A program made the position numbers and the translations under genes. From Takakia lepidozioides (taxonomy: Eukaryota > Plantae > Bryophyta), in contig CM060733.1 of assembly GCA_030704615.1 (NCBI GenBank), positions 47,802,001-47,866,000 of the forward strand: a stretch of DNA of 64,000 nucleotides, read 5' to 3'. Within the stretch, counting starts at the first letter, position 1, and every line of letters begins with the position of its first letter. The notes under the pieces are model-generated. The model was not told where the DNA came from. It saw nothing but the letters and a program-made list of their open reading frames with translations, and made no database searches. This document shows positions 50,726-60,624 of the stretch, piece by piece.

Positions 50726-52140
50726 GCCTTGGTCAACACCCTGACCTCCGCGTCCTTGGCCACGTTGAGCTTGCCCTTGGCCTGCACCTCGTGGCTGGCC
50801 ACCTCGTCCCTCTGGGCTGCTCCACCTCGCCCCCGGCCACCATTGTTCCCTTGGAACTGGCCTGGGCGCAACTCAGGATGCAAACCATAACACTGAGCCT
50901 CTCCATGCCCGTGTTTGCCACAATGCCCACACTGTAACTGTGCAGGCTGTGCATGTGCCGGCCCTTTGCCTCCCTCTGGACAATCCTTCTTGACATGGGG
51001 TCCTCCACATGTCCAGCACACCACATCCGCCCGTTGTTGGCCAGCAAATGAAGGGAGAGACCCCTGCATCTGAGGTCCTCTCTGCCCTTCCCTGAGCTTC
51101 ACCTGAGCCCCCTTGTTGCCTTGAGCACGTTGAGGTAGTGGTTGGCTAGGAGCACCACTACCCCGTGGTGTCTCCTTAGCAAATCCCACCATGACCACTC
51201 GTTCCTCCACCATGTTGAGCTCTATCCGCTCTGCCAGCAAAAACACATTTGCTAAGGTGGGTTGGGCCGCTTGTAGGAGAGTTGCATCCCGCACCCTTCT
51301 CCTCAGCTCCTTGTCCAATATCCCATACCAGAATTGGACTGCCTGAGCTTCCGTAACCCCTTGGGTTACATTTATCAAGCGCCTCATGCGAGTGAAAGCC
51401 TCCCTCAAGCTCTCGGTCGGCTTCCGTTGGAACTCTTGCAAGCTCCGCAACTTCTCTGTCCTCACCCCTTGGTAGTTCCCTCTCAACTCTTCGAAGAACT
51501 CCACAACAGGGTTGAAGGCAGGCACGGGTGCTAGTGCTGGTGCGGTAGTGGCTTGGGTGGACGTCGTAGCTACTATACCACCAGTCCCACTGCTGCTTGC
51601 TGAAGCTGCCGGTGCAGCGGCAGGTGTAGCCACTGCCCTCGTGGCTCTAGTGCCCCTAGTGATGGAGACATAGTCGGGTGACCAGTACATCCTCCACTCC
51701 TCGATCTCAACCTCATGCCCCCGCCTGAACTCATGGTAATCATCCATAGGCGGCCCCTCAAGGTGCTGAAACAGCCCTTTCCATGCCATGAACGGCGTAA
51801 ATAGTTGTGGATTGCGCATTTGCTGCAAATCACACCAACTATCAAACTCTTGGATAAAATCATCCAACTCAATGGTGCCCACCGCCCCAGAGTACCTTCG
51901 TGGCCCCTTGGTAGCTCCATACATCTCCTCCATTGTGTCCCACAACAATGGCAAAGAAACAACTTGCACCGCCGGTATGAGTCCTCCCGATTCACAATCC
52001 GAATCAGAACCTTCCGTAGAAGACACAGGAGGTGAAGGTGGCCTAAACCGCACACCTCGTCTCGTGTACCCACTAGTATCGCTAGTGCTCGAACCGGCAC
52101 TGTCCCCAGCAACTAGTGGCACCTCCGTGTTGACACTCAA
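50701..52140 (-). CDS. gag: Gag with two zinc knuckles
   Basis: Retrotrans-gag-like FQRKPTESLREAFTRM...FWYGIL; knuckles CWTCGGPHVKKDC and CGHCGKHGHGEAQC. Probably fused to the downstream ORF, with a 1-nt indel at ~50810. Confidence 0.88.
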   Translation of the reverse strand: MSVNTEVPLVAGDSAGSSTSDTSGYTRRGVRFRPPSPPVSSTEGSDSDCESGGLIPAVQVVSLPLLWDTMEEMYGATKGPRRYSGAVGTIELDDFIQEFDSWCDLQQMRNPQLFTPFMAWKGLFQHLEGPPMDDYHEFRRGHEVEIEEWRMYWSPDYVSITRGTRATRAVATPAAAPAASASSSGTGGIVATTSTQATTAPALAPVPAFNPVVEFFEELRGNYQGVRTEKLRSLQEFQRKPTESLREAFTRMRRLINVTQGVTEAQAVQFWYGILDKELRRRVRDATLLQAAQPTLANVFLLAERIELNMVEERVVMVGFAKETPRGSGAPSQPLPQRAQGNKGAQVKLREGQRGPQMQGSLPSFAGQQRADVVCWTCGGPHVKKDCPEGGKGPAHAQPAQLQCGHCGKHGHGEAQCYGLHPELRPGQFQGNNGGRGRGGAAQRDEVASHEVQAKGKLNVAKDAEVRVLTKAWPTGFSS

Positions 52141-52859
52141 CCGGTCATGAACATGTCCCTAACCCCTCTTCACAAGGTAACCGGGTAGAGAACCTGTTGC
52201 GGCTTATGGTTTGGAATACTAAGTTCCTAACATAGCCTACACCTGTACCTGCATCCACCACAAGCACTCCTATGGTTGGCTGGTCATCACCTCCAACCTC
52301 ACCACAGGAGAAACAATGATGGTCTGGCTGGTCATCACCCCAGCCTCACCATCGACAGCATGCTCTAGGACTGGCCGGTGATCAAATCCGGACCAATCAC
52401 CTATAAAAACAAGCGCCCACACAAAACTAGCATGGCGCACAGTCAAGCATGCAGGTATGGAGGGGATCCAAACACAAGAAATCAGATCGACAACTCCCCC
52501 ACACCAAAAACAACTCCACGGTGTTGCTCCTGCAAGGACACCCCAGCCCAAACCCGGACTGACTCTTGCCTCCACCTACGGAAAGGTCTTGGCCTAATGA
52601 GAGGGTGGAAACTACGAGGAAGAGAAGCTAAAGCAATGCCTAACCCCAGCATGCTCTCATCCCAACACTTTGCCTCTCCTCTCTACCCTCACTTGCATGA
52701 CCATGGGAATATCATGAAGATACTCCTCAAACCGCCCTCCACGAGCTTCAAAATTCGGCCTTCCAGACCACATGCCAGTCCTTAGGCAGTCCACCAGTGC
52801 CTCCACGAGTCAGCACAGGCCGTCCACAGGTCAACACGGGCCACCACAGACCAGCACAG

Positions 52860-54190
52860 GCCCACACAGCTCACTGGTCACAGCCGTCACAGTCCCACAG
52901 GCCACTGGGCACAGCCTGTCGCAGCCCCTCACAGCATGTCACAGCCTCAAAGGCCTCAAGCACGGCCTGTCACAGCCCCTCACAGCCCCTCACAGCCCCA
53001 AAGGCCATGGGCACGGCCTGTCATAGCCCCTCACAGCCCGTCACAGCCCCAAAGGCCTCAGGCACGGCCTGTCACAGCCCCTCACAGCCCGTCACAGCCC
53101 CAAAGGCCATGGGCACGGCCTGTCACAGCCCCTCACAGCCTCAAAGGCCTCAGGCACGGCCTGTCACAGCCCTCACAGCCCCTCACAGCCCCAAAGGCCA
53201 TGGGCACGGCCTGTCACAGCCCCTCACAGCCCGTCACAGCCCCAAAGGCCATGGGCACGGCCTGTCACAGCCCCTCACAGCCCCTCACAGCCCAAAGGCC
53301 TCAGGCACGGCCTGTCACAGCCCCTCACAGCCCGTCACAGCCCCAAAGGCCATGGGCACGGCCTGTCACAGCCCGTCACAGCCCGTCACAGCCTCAAAGG
53401 CCTCAGGCACGGCCTGTCACAGCCCCTCACAGCCCGTCACAGCCCCAAAGGCCATGGGCACAGTCTGTCACAGCTTGCCACAGCCTGTCACAGCCCCACG
53501 GGGCACAGGGCACAGCCTGTCACAGCCCATCACAGCCCATCACAGCTTGCCACAGCCTATCACAGCCCGTCACAGCCCCAAAGGCCATGGGCACAGCCTG
53601 TCACAGCCCGTCACAGCCCCACAGGCCTCAGGGCACAGCCTGTCACAGCCCCGCACAGCCCGTCACAGCCCCAAAGGCCACTGGGCACAGCCTGTCACAG
53701 CCTGACACAGCCCGTCACAGCCCCACAGGGCACAGGGCACAGCCTGTCACAGCCCATCACAGCCCATCACAGCCTGTCACAGCTTGCCACAGCCTGTCAC
53801 AGCCCGTCACAGCCCCACAGGCCAGAGGGCACAGCCCATCACAGCCCGTCACAGCTCCACAGGGCACAGGGCACAGCCTGTCACAGCCCATCACAGCCCA
53901 TCACAGCCTGTCACAGCTTGCCACAGCCCATCACAGCCCGTCACAGCCCCACAGGCCACTGGGCACAGCCCGTCACAGCCCGTCACAGCTCGCCACAGCC
54001 TGACACAGCCCGTCACAGCCCGTCACAGCTTGCCACAGCCCATCACAGCCCGTCACAGCCCACAGGCCACTGGGCACAGCCCGCCACAGCCCGTCACAGC
54101 TCGCCACAGCCTGACACAGCCCGTCACAGCCCCACAGGGCACAGGGCACAGCCTGTCACAGCTTGCCACAGCCTGTCACAGCCCCACACA
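52860..54190. repeat. 1.3-kb array of ~10-bp (G)TCACAGCCY units with higher-order ~50-bp structure in the 5' leader of the DNMT element
   Basis: Read directly from the sequence. Confidence 0.95.
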
Positions 54191-54684
54191 TGGCCGCTCT
54201 GGCAGTTTAGCCATTTCTCCAAGGGGTTTAGCCACGCCAAGCTAGGGTTTGTGTCTCTTGGACTCTAGGCTTCTTTCCACCGAGCTATGGTGGCTGTGAG
54301 GAAATCAGCAAGGTATCCTTGCTCTTTCGGCTCCCACACACCACCATAGTAGCCCTAAGCCATGAGGTGGTTGCCACAAACCAAGCCTTCTTTCTCACTT
54401 AGCCTCCCCAAACACGCCACTAAACTCAATGGCAAACAACCAAGCCCTGCTGGTTCCCAGCCCTTGTGAGCACTCATTCAAGCACTCTCATTGGCCATAA
54501 CATCTGTCTTAGAGCCTATTCCAGCTCTCTACATCTGTTGCTTCAAGAGTTGCGCTCCCTTCAAGCTTGAAGTTGAAACCCCAACTCACATAGGCCCTAC
54601 AAGTGCTTTTCTTTCACTCCACGTGGAAACCAGCCCTAGACCTTCCGTTCTAGTTCTCTAAGGCTTGAAAACAAGAGCCTCAAT

Positions 54685-55005
54685 GGGCTGAAGGCATGCT
54701 CCACACATGCCCCACTCTCACCATAAGATAATCAGCTCCTTTGCTTCATTTCTTGCACCCACAAACCTGAAAATACAAGCTTCAGCAGGCTGAAAGCATG
54801 CTCTACATGCCCTACAGGGAAACCAGCCCCTTCCTTCCTTTCTTGCACTCCCACACCTAAAAGTGCAAGCCTTCACCAGGCTGATAGCATGCTCCACACA
54901 TACATTGCCCTCACATAAGGGAAGTCAGCCCTTCCCTCTTCCTTGCTTGCCCTCCAAGCTTGAAGATGGAAGCTTCAATGAGCTGAATACATGCTCCACA
55001 CATGC
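54685..55005. repeat. Four degenerate ~100-bp repeats with core GCTGAnnnCATGCTCyACA
   Basis: Cores near 54686, 54788, 54879 and 54981. Confidence 0.7.
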
Positions 55006-55704
55006 AACCTCTTCACACAAGAGATATCAGCCCCCTATCTTGGCTCCTTGGCTCCTTGATGCTCTCTAAGACAAGACTAAGCACTCCATAGCCTTTGCCA
55101 AGCTCCTGAAACCCTAAGGCTTACATTTCCAGCCACAAGACACTTCTCTTGTGGTGCAAGAACTCTTCTTCCAAGCTCTGAAACCCTAGGTGCACATTCC
55201 ATGGCCTTGCCGCACCTCTTAGCTCCTGTTCCAGCCCTGCTCTTGCCATGACAAGAGCCCTCTCAATGCTGAAGCTCGAGATTGAAACCCAATCTCACCA
55301 TACTCCTCAAAGTGCACTGATTTGCCCCAAGCAAAATCAGCCCTTTCGTTTGGTCTTGCAATCCTTCACACAATGAAAGCTCGCATTCCCAAGTCCAGTT
55401 CTCAGCTTTGCCACCAAAGCCACTATAACCTGCTCTTGACTAGTCCTCTTCCCAATCGTGCTTGCTCATGCATGTACACAATCTGGAACCATCAAGGTGC
55501 TCTGGAATTACCTGCAGCATGGTGCTTTCATCTCTAAAGCTGAAGATCGAATGCCAAGGTCTACCACCTCGTAACCCACATCGCCTCCGCTTCTAACAAC
55601 TAAGAGCTCCACGGTGCTCCTTGCATAACAACTTGGTTTCTCTCATTCTCAAGCAAAAACCACAAGTGCTACAACTAACTCGTATCTGGCACTCACAGAT
55701 ACGA

Positions 55705-55720
55705 GCTGATCTTTCTCGAG
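55705..55720 (-). promoter_or_regulatory. Putative self-priming PBS followed by a 10-bp hairpin (55679-55705)
   Basis: Directly after the 5' LTR CA; 12/12 (15/16) complementary to LTR positions 55886-55901; no TGG tRNA-type PBS. Confidence 0.7.
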
Positions 55721-56047
55721 TGATAAAGAAGAAGAATACAAGCACAAGCTCATGCGAGCTCACAAAGCTGAAGCATAAACTCATGCATATATAACCTCAT
55801 CACTCAAATACAAGTCAAGCCAAGTGCACCCCACGCCATGGGGAATCCACACTACGGCGCCATAGCTAGGCGCGGTGAGGCTCAACTCGAGAAAGATGAG
55901 CCTCCCGCGCTTGCCGTGAAGATAACCACTCCAGGGCCTAAATCTGCCTTGACCCCTGGATTGACACTTGGGCCAATCCCAAATGTCAATATGTAAAAGC
56001 TAGCTATTTCCTAGCTAGTTTCACACTAGTGGTAAAATAACTTGACA
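55721..56047 (-). repeat. Partial 5' LTR (block B only)
   Basis: Matches 44061-44385 except for two homopolymer A indels. Confidence 0.92.
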
Positions 56048-56679
56048 ATGCAAACAGAACAGATTGGGATACAAAGCTGCTGACAGCTTTGTGGTCATAC
56101 AGGACTTCATATAAAGTCACCACTAAGTATACACCATTCCAATTAGTTTATGGTATGGAAGCTTTACTTCCAGTGGAATTCCTGTTACCTACCATGAGGA
56201 CGGAATGGGGAAAGAGAATGGAATTGCAAGATTCAATTAAGGTCAGGAAACATGAATTATACCATGTGGAAGAAATACGTGCTGATGCAGTTGATAACAT
56301 GACCAGAATTCAGATGAAGAGAAAGGAACAGTTTGATGAAGGCAAGTTAAAGACTTTTAAGACGGGAGATTTGGTTCTCTGGTTGCAGAAGAAGGGAAAA
56401 ATTAAAGCTTCTAAGCTTAAATCACCATGGAAAAGACCTTATGTCATACAGAAGATGTATGATAACAACACCGCCATGTTACAAACCATTAACAAAGAGA
56501 TGCTGGGAAGAGTCAATGCCAATAAGTTGAAGGGGTACAGTGGTATCCATGACAAACCATTACAGCATGATTTGCATGTTGAAACGCAGAAGCAGTCACG
56601 GGTTACGCCAGTGATACCAATGGAGTATGGAGCACTTATCGCTAGGACGAGCATATATGACCAGGGCGGGCAGTACAAG

Positions 56680-56920
56680 CGCGACACAGCCTATCACAAC
56701 CCATCAAGGCGCGACACAACCTATCACAGCCCATCATGGCGCGACACAGCCTATTACAGCCCATCACAGTGTGGCACAACCTATCACAGCCCAACACGAC
56801 ACGACACAGCCTATCACAGCCCATCACGGTGTCACAAAGCCTATCACAACCTACCACAGCGTGTCACAGCCTATCACAGCGTACCACAGTATGACACAGC
56901 CTGTCACAGCTCAACACAGC
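56680..56920. repeat. 10/30-bp CACAGC repeats downstream of the family A integrase
   Basis: gacacagcctatcacagcccatca-type units. Confidence 0.85.
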
Positions 56921-57626
56921 TTACTGGGGTTACACAGTCCATAGAATCCGTGACATGTGGACGTGGGTTAACATCTGGACAGTGGCCGGTGGAAAAATGG
57001 ACGGAGGCACGTTTAGAAATGGACACGTGGACGCCAGGGCGAGACACACAGCCGGACATGGATTGCAAAGGCGAGTGTCATCAAGGAAGAAGACAAAATT
57101 GGCCGTCAAAGTACCTACCTGACACATTAACTTATTATGGGCCCATTAATGCATACAGGGAAAGGGTAACGGAACCCTTTAAAAGTACCGAAAAGCAAAA
57201 TCCATCTCACATGTGCTATCCTAGTGGACAATCCAGAGTGGAAAATCCATGGAAGGGAATTAAATCTAAAATCCAGTCACAGCAGTTACAGCCAATCATA
57301 AGCCAGAAGTAGGATCAAGAAATTCGAGGGATTTTAAGCGCAAGAGTCGGCGTTGTTCCAAGTAACGGGCGTCTCGACGGGACAGACCATCAATGCTATA
57401 GCTTTGAAGCTATGGAGGAACTAACAGACTATACGCTCGCGATACTACTTACGCAGTGGCACGGGGATAGAAGAACAGAGAGTATCTTTTCTCTTAATCG
57501 ATGCTTGCAAGCCCCGCAGGCTTACAAGAAATTACCCATAGCATTTTGTGGCAACCATACGTTTATGCTTTGTGCCCTACAGGCATTTCTTCAATTGTTA
57601 CAGCCAAAACCTTTCTGTGGGTCTAG

Positions 57627-59320
57627 AATGAAGAGAGTGAGAGGAATGGAAGAAATCAGGGTGAAGAGCACCACAATCCTGCAGAAACAAACGATTGTTA
57701 CTCCACAGGCGGTACAGTTACTGAAGGAGCTGCGATTAGAAGGATTGCAAAGCAAAGATTGGACATTGCATCATAGGCAGTACATGTTACAATTCTTGCA
57801 GAACTTTGAGCCTAGGACATGAGCAACAACGGTGAAGGGAGTTGAATTAGAAGTCACTCCCCTATACCTACAATTGTTTGAATTGCCATCAGGTCAGGTG
57901 CATGTGGAGGAGCACAGGGCAAGACTGCAAATAGGGGACTTATTCCAAGAAGGGAGTTTCTTTAAAACTCAGGGTTATGCTTGTACCAAGGCCGTGTACC
58001 CAGGGCTAAGAGAGGTAGGCCAGGTATTGAACGTTCTGTTTGCCATGAAACAGAACCAACAGTATTTGAGCAGATCCTTCACAGAGGAAATACTCAAAGC
58101 CCTGAGAGGAGAAGAGGTCGTTTGGGCGGATATAATGTACAACGGACTGGTAGAGGAGATGAAGAGATTACAAGGCACTGCCGCAAAGTCTCCTATCATA
58201 GTGTCTGGGCCAATCATTGCAAAAATTATTCTAGACTCGTGCATACTTGATGCGAGAGAAAGGAAGGAGATGGGAGTGTTTGAGACAGCAACCACTGCCA
58301 TAGAAGAGCAAGGTTCTTCACAGGGTGAAGGGGGATTGGCAGAGCATCAACAGCCTAAGAGGCAGAGGAAAGCAATCACATTAGAAGCAGAACCATTGGC
58401 TAGGAGACAGCCAGATGAAGAAGTTACTCATACTCTTGTGCAAGAGGGGGCACAACAGCACAGAGAGATGTGGGTACAAACAACGCAACCTGTGGAGAGA
58501 GAACATGAGGTTACTTCAGTATCACAACCATCACAGCCAAATGATCGGCTTGTCACAGAGTTACCACAAGTTGTCCATGCAGTTCCACCACAAATAATTG
58601 ATTTGGAGAAAGAAGGGTTAGATATCCCCACTACAGAACAGCTGGTGGCAGAAATTGAGAAGGGGGACCTTCTCTATGAAAATTCTGGTTTGGTCAGGGA
58701 AACAGTGATTCCGGAGGTACAGCGGTTGTCCAGGGGAAACCTGCTATTGTTGTAATACCCACACCTCTGACGGAGGTACCACAGGTAGAATGTCAAGACA
58801 CTACAGCACCTGTAGCGGATGAGGTGGTTCAGGAAGAAAATCTGGTGAGGCAATGGCCTGAATGGTTCGTGAGGCATCACACTGTTGAGGATCAGGGAGA
58901 ACAGCAGCAAGCTCACCATGATGACCCTCAACAAGCCATGCTTATGAGTTCCATAAGCAGGACACTTAATTTGTTGGGCACTTATGTCAAATCCCATGTT
59001 CCAACTACCCAATTGACAACTTTGAGGGAGGAACTCAGGAAGGAGTTTGAGGCTCGACTTGCCACTGAGTGTGCAAACAAGGTCGATGAGGAGGTCACTC
59101 TCAAGATACAGCAAGACTTAGAGAGTACAGAAGCTGCTTTGCAATTGGCCAAGGAACAATTGATTGAGGCAGGCCTCGCGCAAGACCTGTTGCACGAAAC
59201 ACATAAGCAACAACTATACCAAATGCAGGTGAAGCATGAAAGCAAGTTGCAAGAAGTGAATGCATTACATACGGAGTTGCAGACAGTGCATGACATGATG
59301 GCCATACAATGTGCTACACT
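57627..59320 (+). pseudogene. Gypsy family A 3' accessory ORF (plant-retroelement extra ORF with a coiled-coil C-terminus), disrupted
   Basis: FLQNF...TVKGVELEVTP..LFELPSG resembles plant retrotransposon extra-ORF domains; E/L/Q-rich heptads at 59000-59300; second copy at 30990-31562. Confidence 0.55.
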
Positions 59321-59321
59321 A

Positions 59322-60620
59322 ACCAGGTTTGGGGCCTGGGGATGTCCGGGAGGATGTCATCCTGATCAGAAAGCTCCCTGTCGTCCTCCTCAACAGGGTC
59401 AGCCACCTGCGAAACCACCTCCAGCACTCTCCCCGTCTCTACTGCCCTCTCCCTGGCTTCACCTCGAATTTGCACAATCCGTGCTCTTTCTGGTGTTCTT
59501 TCCTCTCCTCCACTCTCCACCGTATGGGTAATTGCAGGGGCTGCTCTTGCCCGCGATGGTCTAACCGGTGTGTTGCTGCCTCTTTGTGGTGTCTTGGAGG
59601 GATCCACCGTCTCTGTGCATCCCTCACTTACATGGGAATCTGTCAGTTCGGAACCCCTGGCCTCTTCAGTGGCCTTTTCTCTTTCCTCCTGGCTAGCCTT
59701 GTGTCTTGCCTGTTCTTTTGCCCTCTCTTTTGCCCTCTCACGGGCTTTCTGTTTCTTATTAGGGCTAGCAGCAAGGAAGCCTGGATGGACGACCACCTTT
59801 GAGGTAGGCGAACTGACACCCTCGCGCGCACTGCGAACTCCCCCCTCCGCAGCCCGTGACGGCTCTCGCGCCAGGGATTGCACGTGCTTGGCTTTCTTCT
59901 TCTTCTTTGCTTGGACGGGCCCTACTGCTTCTGCATCAACAACCTCCATTGCCGGATCTGCTGTTCTCACTTCCTCACGCCCTTCACCTGCCATGAGGCC
60001 TGCACCAACCTCCCCAATGCCTATTCTGTCGTACTCTCGCTGCAGGTCCTCCCGTCCACCAACAAAAGGTTGAAGTTTGCCCTCTCGCTCCAAGGTGGGC
60101 GGTTCAAACATGCGATGAGTTGCAGCAGTCGATGATACCACTAGCGTGCCGGGCTCGTCGTCACTCTGTCATTTCCAAAATCGTGAGAACCAACATCGGT
60201 GCCAAAACCAGCATCGCAACCACCATAACAACAATCGTGTAACAAAAATGAAAACATAACAAGTTTAGGAAGTATGGAGAGCCATGCAACAACAATGAAA
60301 ACAAATGCAACCATTGTCTGAGAATGACATGCACAAGCAGCCTTCTCCAGAGCTGCCGGATTTGCACATGCATTGCAAACAATCTAAGGTTCACTCAACT
60401 ATCTAAGGTTCACTCATCCAGCGAAGCCAAGATGAAGATGCCAAAACAAAGCGAGGCAACAAAGCAAAAGCGAAAGCAAAAGCGAAATCGAACAAAGCGA
60501 AAGCAGAAGTGGCTTGCCTGAGAGTACTCGGCTTCAGTTGGCGCGGGTTGTGAGCAAGACACTGAAATCTCCTCCTGGAGCTTTAGTTTGGCTATGCGAG
60601 AGATTGGCCGTCGTCCGTAG
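59322..60620 (-). pseudogene. Paralog A' : 5' part, near-identical to 19461-20765, truncated before the ParB domain
   Basis: Reverse-complement identity with 19461-20765; uninterrupted 275-aa frame at 60141-59314. Confidence 0.88.
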
Positions 60621-60624
60621 TACA

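Larger units (their letters stand above)
43870..56047 (-). mobile_element. Young Ty3/Gypsy retrotransposon encoding a C5 DNA methyltransferase and a PHD finger, with permuted terminal repeats
   Basis: TG...CA ends; 4-bp TSD ATGT/ATGC (one mismatch) interrupting the family A integrase; domain order gag-AP-DNMT-RT-RH-INT-PHD; terminal repeat copies nearly identical. Confidence 0.95.
34296..59321 (+). mobile_element. Ty3/Gypsy family A, copy 3 (decayed; hosts inserts at 38365-42137 and 43870-56047)
   Basis: Accessory ORF 34318-35070, gag 35092-37597, protease ~37600-38000, RT MPFGLCNA..FLDD 42154-42594, RNase H 42595-42960, integrase 43100-43868 continuing at 56048-56560 (LAKIVN|ANRTDWD), then a 3' extra ORF at ~57630-59320. 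Confidence 0.9.

Noticed and set aside
50701-50830. Programmed gag-pol ribosomal frameshift
   Set aside because: No clear slippery heptamer; a single-G homopolymer indel explains it, and similar indels distinguish the LTR copies.
52797-54268. Long ORFs of 116-355 aa (HSPSQPVTA repeats)
   Set aside because: Stop-free by-product of the 10-bp tandem array; open in several frames and antisense to the element.
43870-56047. Classification as a DIRS/Ngaro tyrosine-recombinase element because of split repeats and an MTase
   Set aside because: No YR domain seen; it has a protease, an HHCC-DDE integrase, a PPT and a TSD, and the MTase is C5-type rather than the DIRS adenine type.
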